DNA of 14,284 nucleotides. Origin: a virus. Taxonomy: Duplodnaviria > Heunggongvirae > Uroviricota > Caudoviricetes. Of the stretch, positions 4,662-12,674 are shown piece after piece; the stretch's first letter is position 1; each line of letters opens with the position of its first letter. A model generated the notes under the pieces. The model was not told the origin of the DNA. It made no database searches and saw only the letters and a program-made list of their open reading frames with translations. The DNA lies in IMG/VR virus record IMGVR_UViG_3300041411_000102, positions 64,001-78,284 of that record; one strand, 5' to 3'. The translations under genes were made by a program, and so were the position numbers.

Positions 4662-7385
4662 ATGATTCTTTCCGGCACCCTCCTCACCCCTACAGGCGAA
4701 CCATACAAAAACTCTTCTGTACGGATAACAGCTAACAACACTTCTGAACAAGTTCTTATGTTTGTAACAAAAGACTTTAAGACAGATGAAGATGGTGAGT
4801 ATGAAATTGATGTCCCTAATGGTTGGTATCATGTTAGTGTATTCTCTTTAGAATACAGATCCTATGCTAACATTGGTAATATTGAGATTACTGACGATAC
4901 AACGCAGACAACAATTAATGAATTGCTGATGCTTGATCAGACAGCTCATAGTGATGGCTTGGCAGCTCAAGTGGCTGCTGATGCTGCTAGTGCGTTGGCT
5001 AGTAAGAATGCTGCCGCTGTGTCTGCAAGTCAAGCTACTGTAAGTGCTACAGCTAGCCAAACCTCTGCAACGAATTCTCAAGCTTCGGCTACTGCTTCGG
5101 CTGCAAGCGCTTCACAGGCTGCTTCAACTGTTGGCACCCTCAGCCTTGCTGATGCGTATTCTCGTATTGCAATGCCTGAGAACTTGGCGCAGCTTCGTGC
5201 TCTGGGTGCCCCAACCTTACTCCCCGCTGGTAGGACATTCACTATTCCAGTTGCAGGCCACACCACTGCGCAAGATGGTGGTGAGGGCGATTGGTATTGG
5301 CAAGCTAATAGTAATGAACCTGATGACAACGCTATGGTTGTTCTCCCAACTGGTTATGTTGGTGTAGGTAGATACAAACGCTCAAGTGTTGATTTTGTAA
5401 GACCAGAATACTTTGGCGCCATTGGTGACTTTGTTTGGGCAACACAGACAGGTACTGTTAATACCACTGCATTGCAAAAGATGTTCAACTGGGCAAACAA
5501 AACTGGTGCAGAAATTCACCCACTGGCGGGTAAGAAATACCTTACAGATTCTATCTACCTCTATTACGACGCGGTTTTGAACCCCGACTGGCCGGGTCGT
5601 GGGGGGCGGACCAAGATTGTAGGTCAGGCAAACGGACATGCCACGGGCGCGCTGGAGGACCCCGGATGCGCATTCGTCCACGTTAACGGGTCAACTGGAC
5701 CACTGCTGGCCGTAAAAGGGCTGTTCTCCATACAAAACCCCACGGGGATGGCTGGCTATTTCAGCCTTGAAGATTTCAATCTGGTTGGTGGTAATCTTAC
5801 TTCTGATGTACTTTTACTTCAAGGTAGTCAGGGTAGCATTTTTCTTAAGAACTATACTGTTAAGGTGGTTAACCCTGCTGGTAATGGTATTACTGAGTCC
5901 ACAACTTGGGAAGCTATGCACCAGAACGGCCTGATCCGTGGCGGTGCAACCGGCCTTGGAAATTGGTCAGGTACATTGTTAGATATTCGCACAGACGGAT
6001 CTTCCGGCCAGACCAATATGAAAATCTACATGAACGTAGATTGTTATAGGGGGGGTAATGGTATTCGGATTGGTAGGCGTGGGTTTACTGAGGGTACTTT
6101 TGGTCCTCTGGTGTTTATTGGGGGACAAACTTCCAACTCCGACCAGAACGGTTTGTGGCTAGATGGTGGAGTCATTGCTTTTACCTCTATAGGTCAGCAA
6201 TTCGAGGGTGGTCAAAAGAACGCCATTAAGATCGACAGGGAATACGCTCCCGGACTATTGGCGACTGATATAGCTCGAAATGTCAAGTTTATCAATTCCT
6301 ATATTACAGGGTGTGGGCTTGTTGAAGATGGCTCTAATGATAGTTATGCCATCCATGTGGCTAATGGTGATGGCATCTATTTTGAGGGCACAACCTTCAA
6401 CAATATGGGTGATGGGATATCTGTAAACCAAGAGCTTGTTACAAACTTCAAATTCTTGAATCCTACAATCCGTACTGTTCGCACGTATGGGGCTACCTCT
6501 GGTACAGGTGTAAATTTCTATGGAGCAGCCCAAGCTATTCAGAAATTTCAACTTGAAGATCCAATATTCAACCAGAACCCAAGTGTGCAGTTCAACGATG
6601 CTGCGAAAGAATCGTTTTCTCGGTTCGAGAATGGTGGCTTCCTTAGTAGTTCTGGCAACACTGTTCCGGGCATTTCCCAAGGTGGGACTTACGGCTCATC
6701 CTCAGTTAAGAACCTGAACTTTAATAACTCATCACCACTGACCGTAACTAACATCACTGGTGGTAGAACTAAACAGCTTCTGCATATCTCGTTCTCCAAC
6801 ACGAACACATCAATAGCTAGTAACGGTAATATCTTTCTACAAGATGGTAGGGACTTTACCCCTAAAACTGCTCGGGCAACTCTAACGCTACAGTTTGATG
6901 GAAGTATTTGGCAGGAGGTCAGTCGTAGCAACAGCTCAGCCCCAAGAACAATAGTTCTTCAAACAAGTGCCATAGCAATTCCTCATCCCGGAACAATCAC
7001 CACCGAACATACGTTTGCTAGCGTTGTCGTACCAGCAGGGATTCTTGGCTTGAATGGGATTCTGGAGGTTGATGCCGTGTTTAGCTATACCAATAACTCA
7101 AATACCAAATCATTTAAGTTTAGGTATGGTGGTGGAGCATTCTTCGCTAGCTCAGCTACTGCAACCGCATCTGCTGGATTCTTAAAGCAACTCCAGAACA
7201 GGGGAGTTACCAACAGTCAAGTAGGTGCATCCGCAAGTAGTCAGACTTACGGGACAAGTGCCAGCGCCCCATACACATCTGCAATTGACACTACTGTGAC
7301 AACTTCTGTTGATATTACAGGCCAATTGGCAGTAGGTACGGATGCTATGACTCTTGAGCGGTATACTGTTAGGGTTATTGTTTAA
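4662..7385 (+). CDS. tailspike / side-tail-fibre protein with a putative beta-helix polysaccharide depolymerase (907 aa)
   Basis: The N-terminal ~90 aa resemble the lambda Stf N-terminus (ILSGTL...GEPYKNSSVRITA...TDEDGEYEIDVPNGWYHV...GNIEITDD...TINELL). This is followed by an Ala/Ser-rich linker, a tailspike head motif (GHTTAQDGGEGDWYW...GRYKR), a pectate-lyase-3-like start (VRPEYFGAIGD...NTTALQKMF), a Gly/Asn-rich beta-helix-like body, a C-terminal module ending LTLQFDGSIWQEVSRS, and a further ~140-aa beta-rich domain. AGGGA RBS. Confidence 0.8.
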   Translation: MILSGTLLTPTGEPYKNSSVRITANNTSEQVLMFVTKDFKTDEDGEYEIDVPNGWYHVSVFSLEYRSYANIGNIEITDDTTQTTINELLMLDQTAHSDGLAAQVAADAASALASKNAAAVSASQATVSATASQTSATNSQASATASAASASQAASTVGTLSLADAYSRIAMPENLAQLRALGAPTLLPAGRTFTIPVAGHTTAQDGGEGDWYWQANSNEPDDNAMVVLPTGYVGVGRYKRSSVDFVRPEYFGAIGDFVWATQTGTVNTTALQKMFNWANKTGAEIHPLAGKKYLTDSIYLYYDAVLNPDWPGRGGRTKIVGQANGHATGALEDPGCAFVHVNGSTGPLLAVKGLFSIQNPTGMAGYFSLEDFNLVGGNLTSDVLLLQGSQGSIFLKNYTVKVVNPAGNGITESTTWEAMHQNGLIRGGATGLGNWSGTLLDIRTDGSSGQTNMKIYMNVDCYRGGNGIRIGRRGFTEGTFGPLVFIGGQTSNSDQNGLWLDGGVIAFTSIGQQFEGGQKNAIKIDREYAPGLLATDIARNVKFINSYITGCGLVEDGSNDSYAIHVANGDGIYFEGTTFNNMGDGISVNQELVTNFKFLNPTIRTVRTYGATSGTGVNFYGAAQAIQKFQLEDPIFNQNPSVQFNDAAKESFSRFENGGFLSSSGNTVPGISQGGTYGSSSVKNLNFNNSSPLTVTNITGGRTKQLLHISFSNTNTSIASNGNIFLQDGRDFTPKTARATLTLQFDGSIWQEVSRSNSSAPRTIVLQTSAIAIPHPGTITTEHTFASVVVPAGILGLNGILEVDAVFSYTNNSNTKSFKFRYGGGAFFASSATATASAGFLKQLQNRGVTNSQVGASASSQTYGTSASAPYTSAIDTTVTTSVDITGQLAVGTDAMTLERYTVRVIV

Positions 7386-7390
7386 GGTGT

Positions 7391-7417
7391 ATCCCCACCT
7401 AACGGTGGGGATTTGTT
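7391..7417 (+). terminator. intrinsic terminator-like hairpin after the tailspike gene
   Basis: ATCCCCACC-TAAC-GGTGGGGAT followed by TTGTT (imperfect U tract). Confidence 0.7.
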
Positions 7418-7428
7418 AAGGAATAGGT

Positions 7429-7839
7429 ATGGCTAAGAAAATTACAAACCCAAATCCTAGCCCAGAAACTAGGTTTGGTGCAGAACGCTCTAACCAAAAT
7501 AAAACTGGTAATAGTAAAGTTCGCATTAACAAATCAAAACTACGCACTTTGGCCGACAAGCTTCTTGAACGCCAAGACATTGCACTTGAGCTAGTTGATA
7601 AGAGCTTGGCTGGTAAGGAAGTTAACCCAGATAGTGTTGCTTCGGCTAAATGGGTCCTGAACAGCATTGTTAGTGTTATCAAGAGTGCAAGCGCAGAAGA
7701 GTTGGGTTCGTTCAATGCTCGCCTGAAAGGGAAAAGAGATGACGAACCAGAAGAACAAACACCGGCTGAGATTTCTAAGGAATTGAAGCCACGTCTTAGT
7801 TTGGTTTATGTAGATCCTGACCAAGACGATGATGAGTAA
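7429..7839 (+). CDS. putative terminase small subunit (136 aa)
   Basis: N-terminal NPNPSPETRFG motif of the kind seen in TerS-like proteins; basic N-terminus, helical core, acidic C-terminus with PRLSLV; lies upstream of terL; AAGGA RBS. The function is inferred. Confidence 0.5.
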   Translation: MAKKITNPNPSPETRFGAERSNQNKTGNSKVRINKSKLRTLADKLLERQDIALELVDKSLAGKEVNPDSVASAKWVLNSIVSVIKSASAEELGSFNARLKGKRDDEPEEQTPAEISKELKPRLSLVYVDPDQDDDE

Positions 7840-8098
7840 CAAGAAACTCGAACGCAATCAGAAGCAGTGATATCGTTTGGAATTCTTGTTATTAGAAAGA
7901 ATTTCTGAGCTGCCTAGTTCGGAAGCCCGTGGTTCTGGCGGACCACTGATGTAAATGCTAGCGGGCAAGCCGCTTGTGGAGAGGGTCTTATTATGAAGAC
8001 CACGACTGAATGCAGGCAAGCGTGGCATCAGTCAATTATTTTATACACAATTATATTAAGAAGTATAATTGAGCTGAGTGGTACGAATTACCTACCAC
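7837..8098 (+). ncRNA. candidate structured RNA (multi-hairpin, GC-enriched core)
   Basis: Long imperfect hairpin 7837-7891 and hairpins 7929-7946, 7960-7974, 7984-8001, 8004-8033, 8048-8071 and 8078-8098. No long ORF. Confidence 0.45.
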
Positions 8099-8168
8099 GT
8101 ATACAATTTCCCTTTGCAACAATAACAATAAAGGCTCATAAGAGTCGTCTCTGAAGGGAGATAGCAAT

Positions 8169-9248
8169 ATGGCGATAACAAGGGTAGATGTTGTAGTACC
8201 AAAAGGAGTTTGGACAAACCTCTACACAGCTTCTGGTATTACAGTCGGTACACAAGTAGAAGTTCATAACAAGAGCACTTCATTCTGTAAAATTGCTACC
8301 TCAGCATTGGCTCCAACAACAGTAGATGGCTATCATCTCTCAGCATTTCCAGAGGCAGATCCGTTAGAGATTGCTCCCGGTGAAGTTGGGTTGTGGGCTT
8401 ACTCTCCTAACTCTGCTACCACTCTTTTAGTGCAAGAAAAAGCCCTTGAAAAGAGTAGCAACGGCTCTCTGTGGACTACAAACGTTCACCCTAAAGGAAT
8501 GGACTTTTATACAGCGGTTGGTCTTGGACTTGTACCGGGTGTTCGTAGGGTCACTGGTCTAGGTAGCAACCCGGATGTTGACCAAGCTTCCCTACCGGAA
8601 GACGTTTGGTCTGTTGGTGGGCTCTATCCATGGATGACAGCAGCTACGAGTCTTGAAGTAGTATCAACCAGTACGAGTGACGCGGCAGCCAGCGTAGGTG
8701 CTAGAACGATCACCATCTTTGGTCTTGATATCAACTATGTCGAAGTTAACCAAACTATTACACTGAACGGCACAACACCTGTTGCAGTTCCACTTCAATT
8801 GTTTCGAATTAACTCGATACTAATTATGAGTGCTGGCACTACCAAGGTTAACGTAGGCGATATTAACGTTCGTGATTCTGGTGGTGGCACAATCAGAGGA
8901 CAGATTCCAACAGGGTTTGGGTTGGCAAGACAAGCTGTTTATACAGTTCCAGCAGGTCACACGTTGAGCGTCCACTCAATACTATTCGCCCAGACAAGAT
9001 CCGGCGGGGTGGATAGGACTGTTACTATGGCTACAGTGTTCCAATCCCCACTAGGTTTCTACAGAATGCCCCTTGAAGTCGCCGTCAGCCAGGTCACACC
9101 TTACCGGCATGAGGGAGACCCCGGAATTATCGTAGCAGAGAAAACAGATTTTGCTATTAGGGTGTTGTCGGCATCAACTAACGACACCAGCGTTACGGCA
9201 GCCTTTCTCGGTACGATGTATTCTGCTGCAACATTAGCGTTAGTTTGA
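8169..9248 (+). CDS. two-domain uncharacterised phage protein, probably virion-associated (359 aa)
   Basis: The N-terminal ~90-aa domain is shared with 9256..9540. The C-terminal beta-rich domain (GSNPDVD...EDVW...GGLYPW...GARTITIFGLD...LNGTTPV...YTVPAGHT) is of a type I recall from many uncharacterised phage proteins. GGGAG RBS. Confidence 0.75.
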   Translation: MAITRVDVVVPKGVWTNLYTASGITVGTQVEVHNKSTSFCKIATSALAPTTVDGYHLSAFPEADPLEIAPGEVGLWAYSPNSATTLLVQEKALEKSSNGSLWTTNVHPKGMDFYTAVGLGLVPGVRRVTGLGSNPDVDQASLPEDVWSVGGLYPWMTAATSLEVVSTSTSDAAASVGARTITIFGLDINYVEVNQTITLNGTTPVAVPLQLFRINSILIMSAGTTKVNVGDINVRDSGGGTIRGQIPTGFGLARQAVYTVPAGHTLSVHSILFAQTRSGGVDRTVTMATVFQSPLGFYRMPLEVAVSQVTPYRHEGDPGIIVAEKTDFAIRVLSASTNDTSVTAAFLGTMYSAATLALV

Positions 9249-9255
9249 GGTGTCT

Positions 9256-9540
9256 ATGGAAAATGTAATAGTAATTTCTGGGGATACAAAAGAAGACGTA
9301 ATTCTTTCTGGATTGGAGTGGGAGAATGCCTATGGGCTTTCAGCCATTACTCCCGGTACTGCGATCACTATCCAAAACAAGACTACAGATTATCTCTATG
9401 TATTTGTTAAATCTGAAAAACCTCCTGTTGAAATTAGTGATGGTATTAAGATAGCAGTAGGTCAGTCTGCTCAAGTCGCCGCCTCCCAATCAGGATGTTG
9501 GCTGAGTGGGTATGGTAGGGTGAATATTAGAGGTACATAG
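9256..9540 (+). CDS. small beta-rich protein, stand-alone copy of the N-terminal domain of 8169..9248 (94 aa)
   Basis: GAGG RBS 5 nt before ATG 9256 (the track starts at GTG 9250). Shared pattern WxNxYxxSxITxGT...NK...P...DG...GxW. Confidence 0.75.
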   Translation: MENVIVISGDTKEDVILSGLEWENAYGLSAITPGTAITIQNKTTDYLYVFVKSEKPPVEISDGIKIAVGQSAQVAASQSGCWLSGYGRVNIRGT

Positions 9541-9549
9541 CTGATTTAT

Positions 9550-9580
9550 AGATAACTCTTGAAATATAGAGTTATTTGTT
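9550..9580 (+). terminator. AT-rich hairpin, possible terminator
   Basis: ATAACTCT (9552-9559) / AGAGTTAT (9568-9575) followed by TTGTT. Confidence 0.4.
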
Positions 9581-9608
9581 AAAATAGCTAAATATATTTG
9601 TAATAAGC

Positions 9609-9638
9609 TTGACAAACTACTGTTGTGTAGCGTAATAT
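9609..9638 (+). promoter_or_regulatory. sigma70-like promoter
   Basis: TTGACA (9609-9614), 18-nt spacer, TAATAT (9633-9638), with an AT-rich upstream region. Confidence 0.45.
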
Positions 9639-9675
9639 CTCTTTTATGAATCGAACACAACAGGAGAGAATTTAA

Positions 9676-10038
9676 ATGAATGAATATTTGGTCTACATCA
9701 CAGGCAGTGATGCTATTGGTTATAGCTTTATGCAGAACTGTATTGAGATTGCTGGTAAGGGTGCTGTACTTCAAGAAGGTAAAGTTCCTCGGTTGAACTA
9801 TCCCCATTCGGCTTGGTTTACCTTGTCTACAGATGAGATGCTAGAAGACAAGCCCGGTTTCCGATACCAAGTTGTCCAAGAGTTGTTTAGTAAAGAGCAA
9901 CTTGATGATATGGATTGGGAAACTCTGAAGGCTACTGTTAAGAAGAAGTATGGTATTTCAGGTAGGGATCGAAATTTGCTCGTTACGCAGTATTTGAAAG
10001 CAAGTGGTCAATTAGAATCTTCCAAGGAAGAAAAATAA
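9676..10038 (+). CDS. hypothetical protein with a C-terminal helix-extension-helix-like motif (120 aa)
   Basis: AGGAG RBS; C-terminal SKEQLDDMDWETLK...GISGRDRNLLVTQYL. It resembles, from recall, the gene preceding terL in phi92/rV5-like phages. Confidence 0.75.
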   Translation: MNEYLVYITGSDAIGYSFMQNCIEIAGKGAVLQEGKVPRLNYPHSAWFTLSTDEMLEDKPGFRYQVVQELFSKEQLDDMDWETLKATVKKKYGISGRDRNLLVTQYLKASGQLESSKEEK

Positions 10039-10154
10039 CAAGTTGTGTAAACGGCCTCTGTTATAAAAGAATTCGGTGAACTGTAATACCAAACATGAGG
10101 CTGTCTTGACGGCTGGTGAGGTGAGGCACCGTTTTACTTTGAGAATTATTTGTT

Positions 10155-11228
10155 TTGAATTATAAGAAAGTTTATCTTCAGTTAATGGAGAAAGGTAGAA
10201 CAAGATCTTTAGACAAACGTGAATACGAAGGCTACTTTGAAAAGCACCATGTCCTTCCTCGCTGTATGGGAGGAAGTAATGATAAAAGTAATCTTGTACT
10301 TCTGACTGGTCGTGAACATTTTATGGCTCATATGCTCCTTTGGAAAGCTTATCCTTCCAATGGGAGTTTTGCGTTTGCAGCCACATTTATGAGTAACCGC
10401 AAAGTCTGTAAAGTTAATTCGTATCTATATGAATATCTAAAAGCTGATTCCGCAAAGAAGATTTCTGAAGCCACGTCAGGAAAAAGAGTTAAAGATCTTT
10501 TAGGTCAAAAATTTACAAAGCTTACTGTAGTTGAGCAAGCTGACTTTTATTATTCAAGTACCGGAGCCAAGCAAGCCACTTGGGTTTGTGAATGTGATTG
10601 TGGAATCTTTACTACGGTAGTTGCTGGCAGTTTAACTTCAAAGAATACTCAATCTTGTGGTTGTTTAGTTTCTGAATCTGGGAAAGCTCGCATTGGTGAA
10701 AATAATCACATGTGGGGTAAGAAACATACAGAAGAAACCAAAGAGAAGTTTAAATCTAGAAATTATTTAAAGGGTGAGAATCACCCATTCTTTGGCATGA
10801 AGTTCTCTGAAGAAACCTGTAAAAAGATGAGTGAAGCGCGTAAAGGTATTGGTTGGACTGAAGAAACTAGAGCAACTATGATGAAGTCAATGCGATATGG
10901 TGAAGATCATCATATGTTTGGTAAATCACATCCACCAGAACTTCTTAAACAAATTTCTGAATCTTTAAAAGCACGGGATCAAAAGCCTTGGGAAAATGTA
11001 GCCACACAAACTGAAGAGTCTATGCTTAAGTGGTCAATGTGTGATTACTATTATGATCTTTGGGTTACATTTGATAAACCCGGCCTTAAAGTTCTAACTA
11101 AAATTTATAATCAAACCCACAATGATGATGTTAGTTTATCGTTCTTCACTAACCCTAGACTTAAATGGCTAGATGGTTGGATTCCTCAAGAAGATCCTAA
11201 GTGGGTAGAATTTTCTAAGGGATTTTAA
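10155..11228 (+). CDS. free-standing HNH homing endonuclease, MobE-like N-terminus with a Cys domain and NUMOD3-like repeats (357 aa)
   Basis: TTG start. MNYKKVY...EKHHVLPRCMGGSNDKSNLVLLTGREHFMAHMLLWK resembles T4 MobE. It is followed by GQKFTKLTV...WVCECDCG...SCGC and 3-4 repeats of the type GExHxxxGKxHxEET. Confidence 0.88.
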   Translation: MNYKKVYLQLMEKGRTRSLDKREYEGYFEKHHVLPRCMGGSNDKSNLVLLTGREHFMAHMLLWKAYPSNGSFAFAATFMSNRKVCKVNSYLYEYLKADSAKKISEATSGKRVKDLLGQKFTKLTVVEQADFYYSSTGAKQATWVCECDCGIFTTVVAGSLTSKNTQSCGCLVSESGKARIGENNHMWGKKHTEETKEKFKSRNYLKGENHPFFGMKFSEETCKKMSEARKGIGWTEETRATMMKSMRYGEDHHMFGKSHPPELLKQISESLKARDQKPWENVATQTEESMLKWSMCDYYYDLWVTFDKPGLKVLTKIYNQTHNDDVSLSFFTNPRLKWLDGWIPQEDPKWVEFSKGF

Positions 11229-12674
11229 ATGACAGAAAAGAAACTACCGGGGCCATGTTCATTACGTCAAAGTATGTACATCGCCTCGGAGGCTGACGTA
11301 ACCCTATTCGGTGGCGCTGCCGCAAGCGGAAAAAGTGAAATTGGCGTTATTGACTTCCTGAAGTATACAGATACTCCTAATTTCATTGGTGTAATGACTC
11401 GTCGAACCACCCCACAACTTAATGGTCCGGGTGGATTGCTAACTAAATGTAAGCGTGTCTTTAGTCAAGCATACAAGCCAGATGAATATACTTGGAGAGC
11501 GAAGGATGGTAAGTTCGTTTTCCATAATTCCGGTGCTGAAATCTATCTCAAGCACTTTGAGAATGATGCAGCAGACGTAAACTGGCAAGGATCTGAGGCA
11601 AATCTTTTCTATATAGATGAGGGTACGCAATATACGATGTATATGATTCAATATATCATGTCTCGTATGCGTAATCCCTCTTGCCCCTCAATCAAACCTC
11701 ACCTAAAAATCACCTGCAATCCTGATGCCGACCACGGCCTTCGTAAGTGGGTAGAACCTTATCTGCAAGAAGATGGTACTCCAGACCGTTCAAAAGATGG
11801 AATGTTGAGATACTTTTCTTTCATGGATGGTGACTTTGTTTGGGCGGATACTAAAGAACAACTTCTAGCCGAGTATGGTGTTAGAGAGCAAGATGCTCTA
11901 TCTTTTACCTTCATTAGTGCTAACGTTTATGACAACAAAATTGTAGAAGAAGTTAACCCTAAGTATGTTGCTTGGCTCAAAGGTCTTCGTGGCACTGAAC
12001 GAAAAAGATTGCTAGAAGGCAATTGGTTCGTAAGGGAAAGTGCAGCAGGATTTATGAAAAAAGAATTCTGTGGCAAAGTTAATTTATTTGACAAAGAGAT
12101 TATATCTTATTGTCGTGCGTGGGATATAGCCGGTTCGATCCCCAGTGAGGCACTACCAAATCCTGACTGGACTGCTGGTGTTCTTATAGGGAAGACAAAA
12201 CAAGGTCGTTATATTGTAATTGACGTTGTTAGGTTTCGTGCAAGATTTGGCGAAGTTATGGCAAAGATAATTGAGACTGCTGGGTCAGATCCTGATGGTA
12301 CTCAAATTATACTGCCACAAGAACCGGGCCAAGCTGGGAAGGCTGCCGGACAAATGATGATTAAAGAACTTCTGTCGGAAGGTTTCTACGCAAGAATGCG
12401 TCCTTCTAACAAGAGCAAGATTATCAGATTCCAACCATTCGCAGCCGCTGCTGAAGCTGGTCTTGTCGACTATATTGAAGCACCTTGGACAGACACTTAT
12501 TTCGATGAGTTGGAAAGTTTCGATGGGAGCCGTAAGAACAAGGATGACCAAGTGGACGCCACAAGCGATGCATTTATCACCCTTGCTCAGAAGTTACAAA
12601 TTCCAAACTTCTCATCCGGCCTACTCTCCGCAAACTTAACTCAATCTAACCCCTTCCTTAATGCAGGAGCTTAA
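11229..12674 (+). CDS. terL: terminase large subunit (481 aa)
   Basis: Walker A GGAAASGKS, Walker B FYIDEG, coupling motif TCNP, RNase-H-like nuclease RAWDIA and DDQVDATSDAF; uninterrupted. Confidence 0.95.
   Translation: MTEKKLPGPCSLRQSMYIASEADVTLFGGAAASGKSEIGVIDFLKYTDTPNFIGVMTRRTTPQLNGPGGLLTKCKRVFSQAYKPDEYTWRAKDGKFVFHNSGAEIYLKHFENDAADVNWQGSEANLFYIDEGTQYTMYMIQYIMSRMRNPSCPSIKPHLKITCNPDADHGLRKWVEPYLQEDGTPDRSKDGMLRYFSFMDGDFVWADTKEQLLAEYGVREQDALSFTFISANVYDNKIVEEVNPKYVAWLKGLRGTERKRLLEGNWFVRESAAGFMKKEFCGKVNLFDKEIISYCRAWDIAGSIPSEALPNPDWTAGVLIGKTKQGRYIVIDVVRFRARFGEVMAKIIETAGSDPDGTQIILPQEPGQAGKAAGQMMIKELLSEGFYARMRPSNKSKIIRFQPFAAAAEAGLVDYIEAPWTDTYFDELESFDGSRKNKDDQVDATSDAFITLAQKLQIPNFSSGLLSANLTQSNPFLNAGA

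Noticed and set aside
4960-5130. Ala/Ser/Gln-rich quasi-repeats in the tailspike
   Set aside because: A normal low-complexity linker of Stf-type fibres, not a DNA repeat array.
7926-8003. Loose resemblance to twister (TAA...GCGG-CAAG-CCGC...GAGGG) and pistol (CGTGG...CCAC, AAA, AAG-pseudoknot) ribozymes
   Set aside because: The twister L4 UCCC pseudoknot strand is missing, and the pistol GU cleavage site and P2 are not found.
10069-10095. GAATTCGGTGAA...AATACC resembles group I intron P4/P5 sequence, suggesting the HNH could be intron-encoded
   Set aside because: The pairing is imperfect, I found no P7/S element (AAGATATAGTC-like) after the ORF, terL starts intact immediately after the HNH stop, and there is no split exon.
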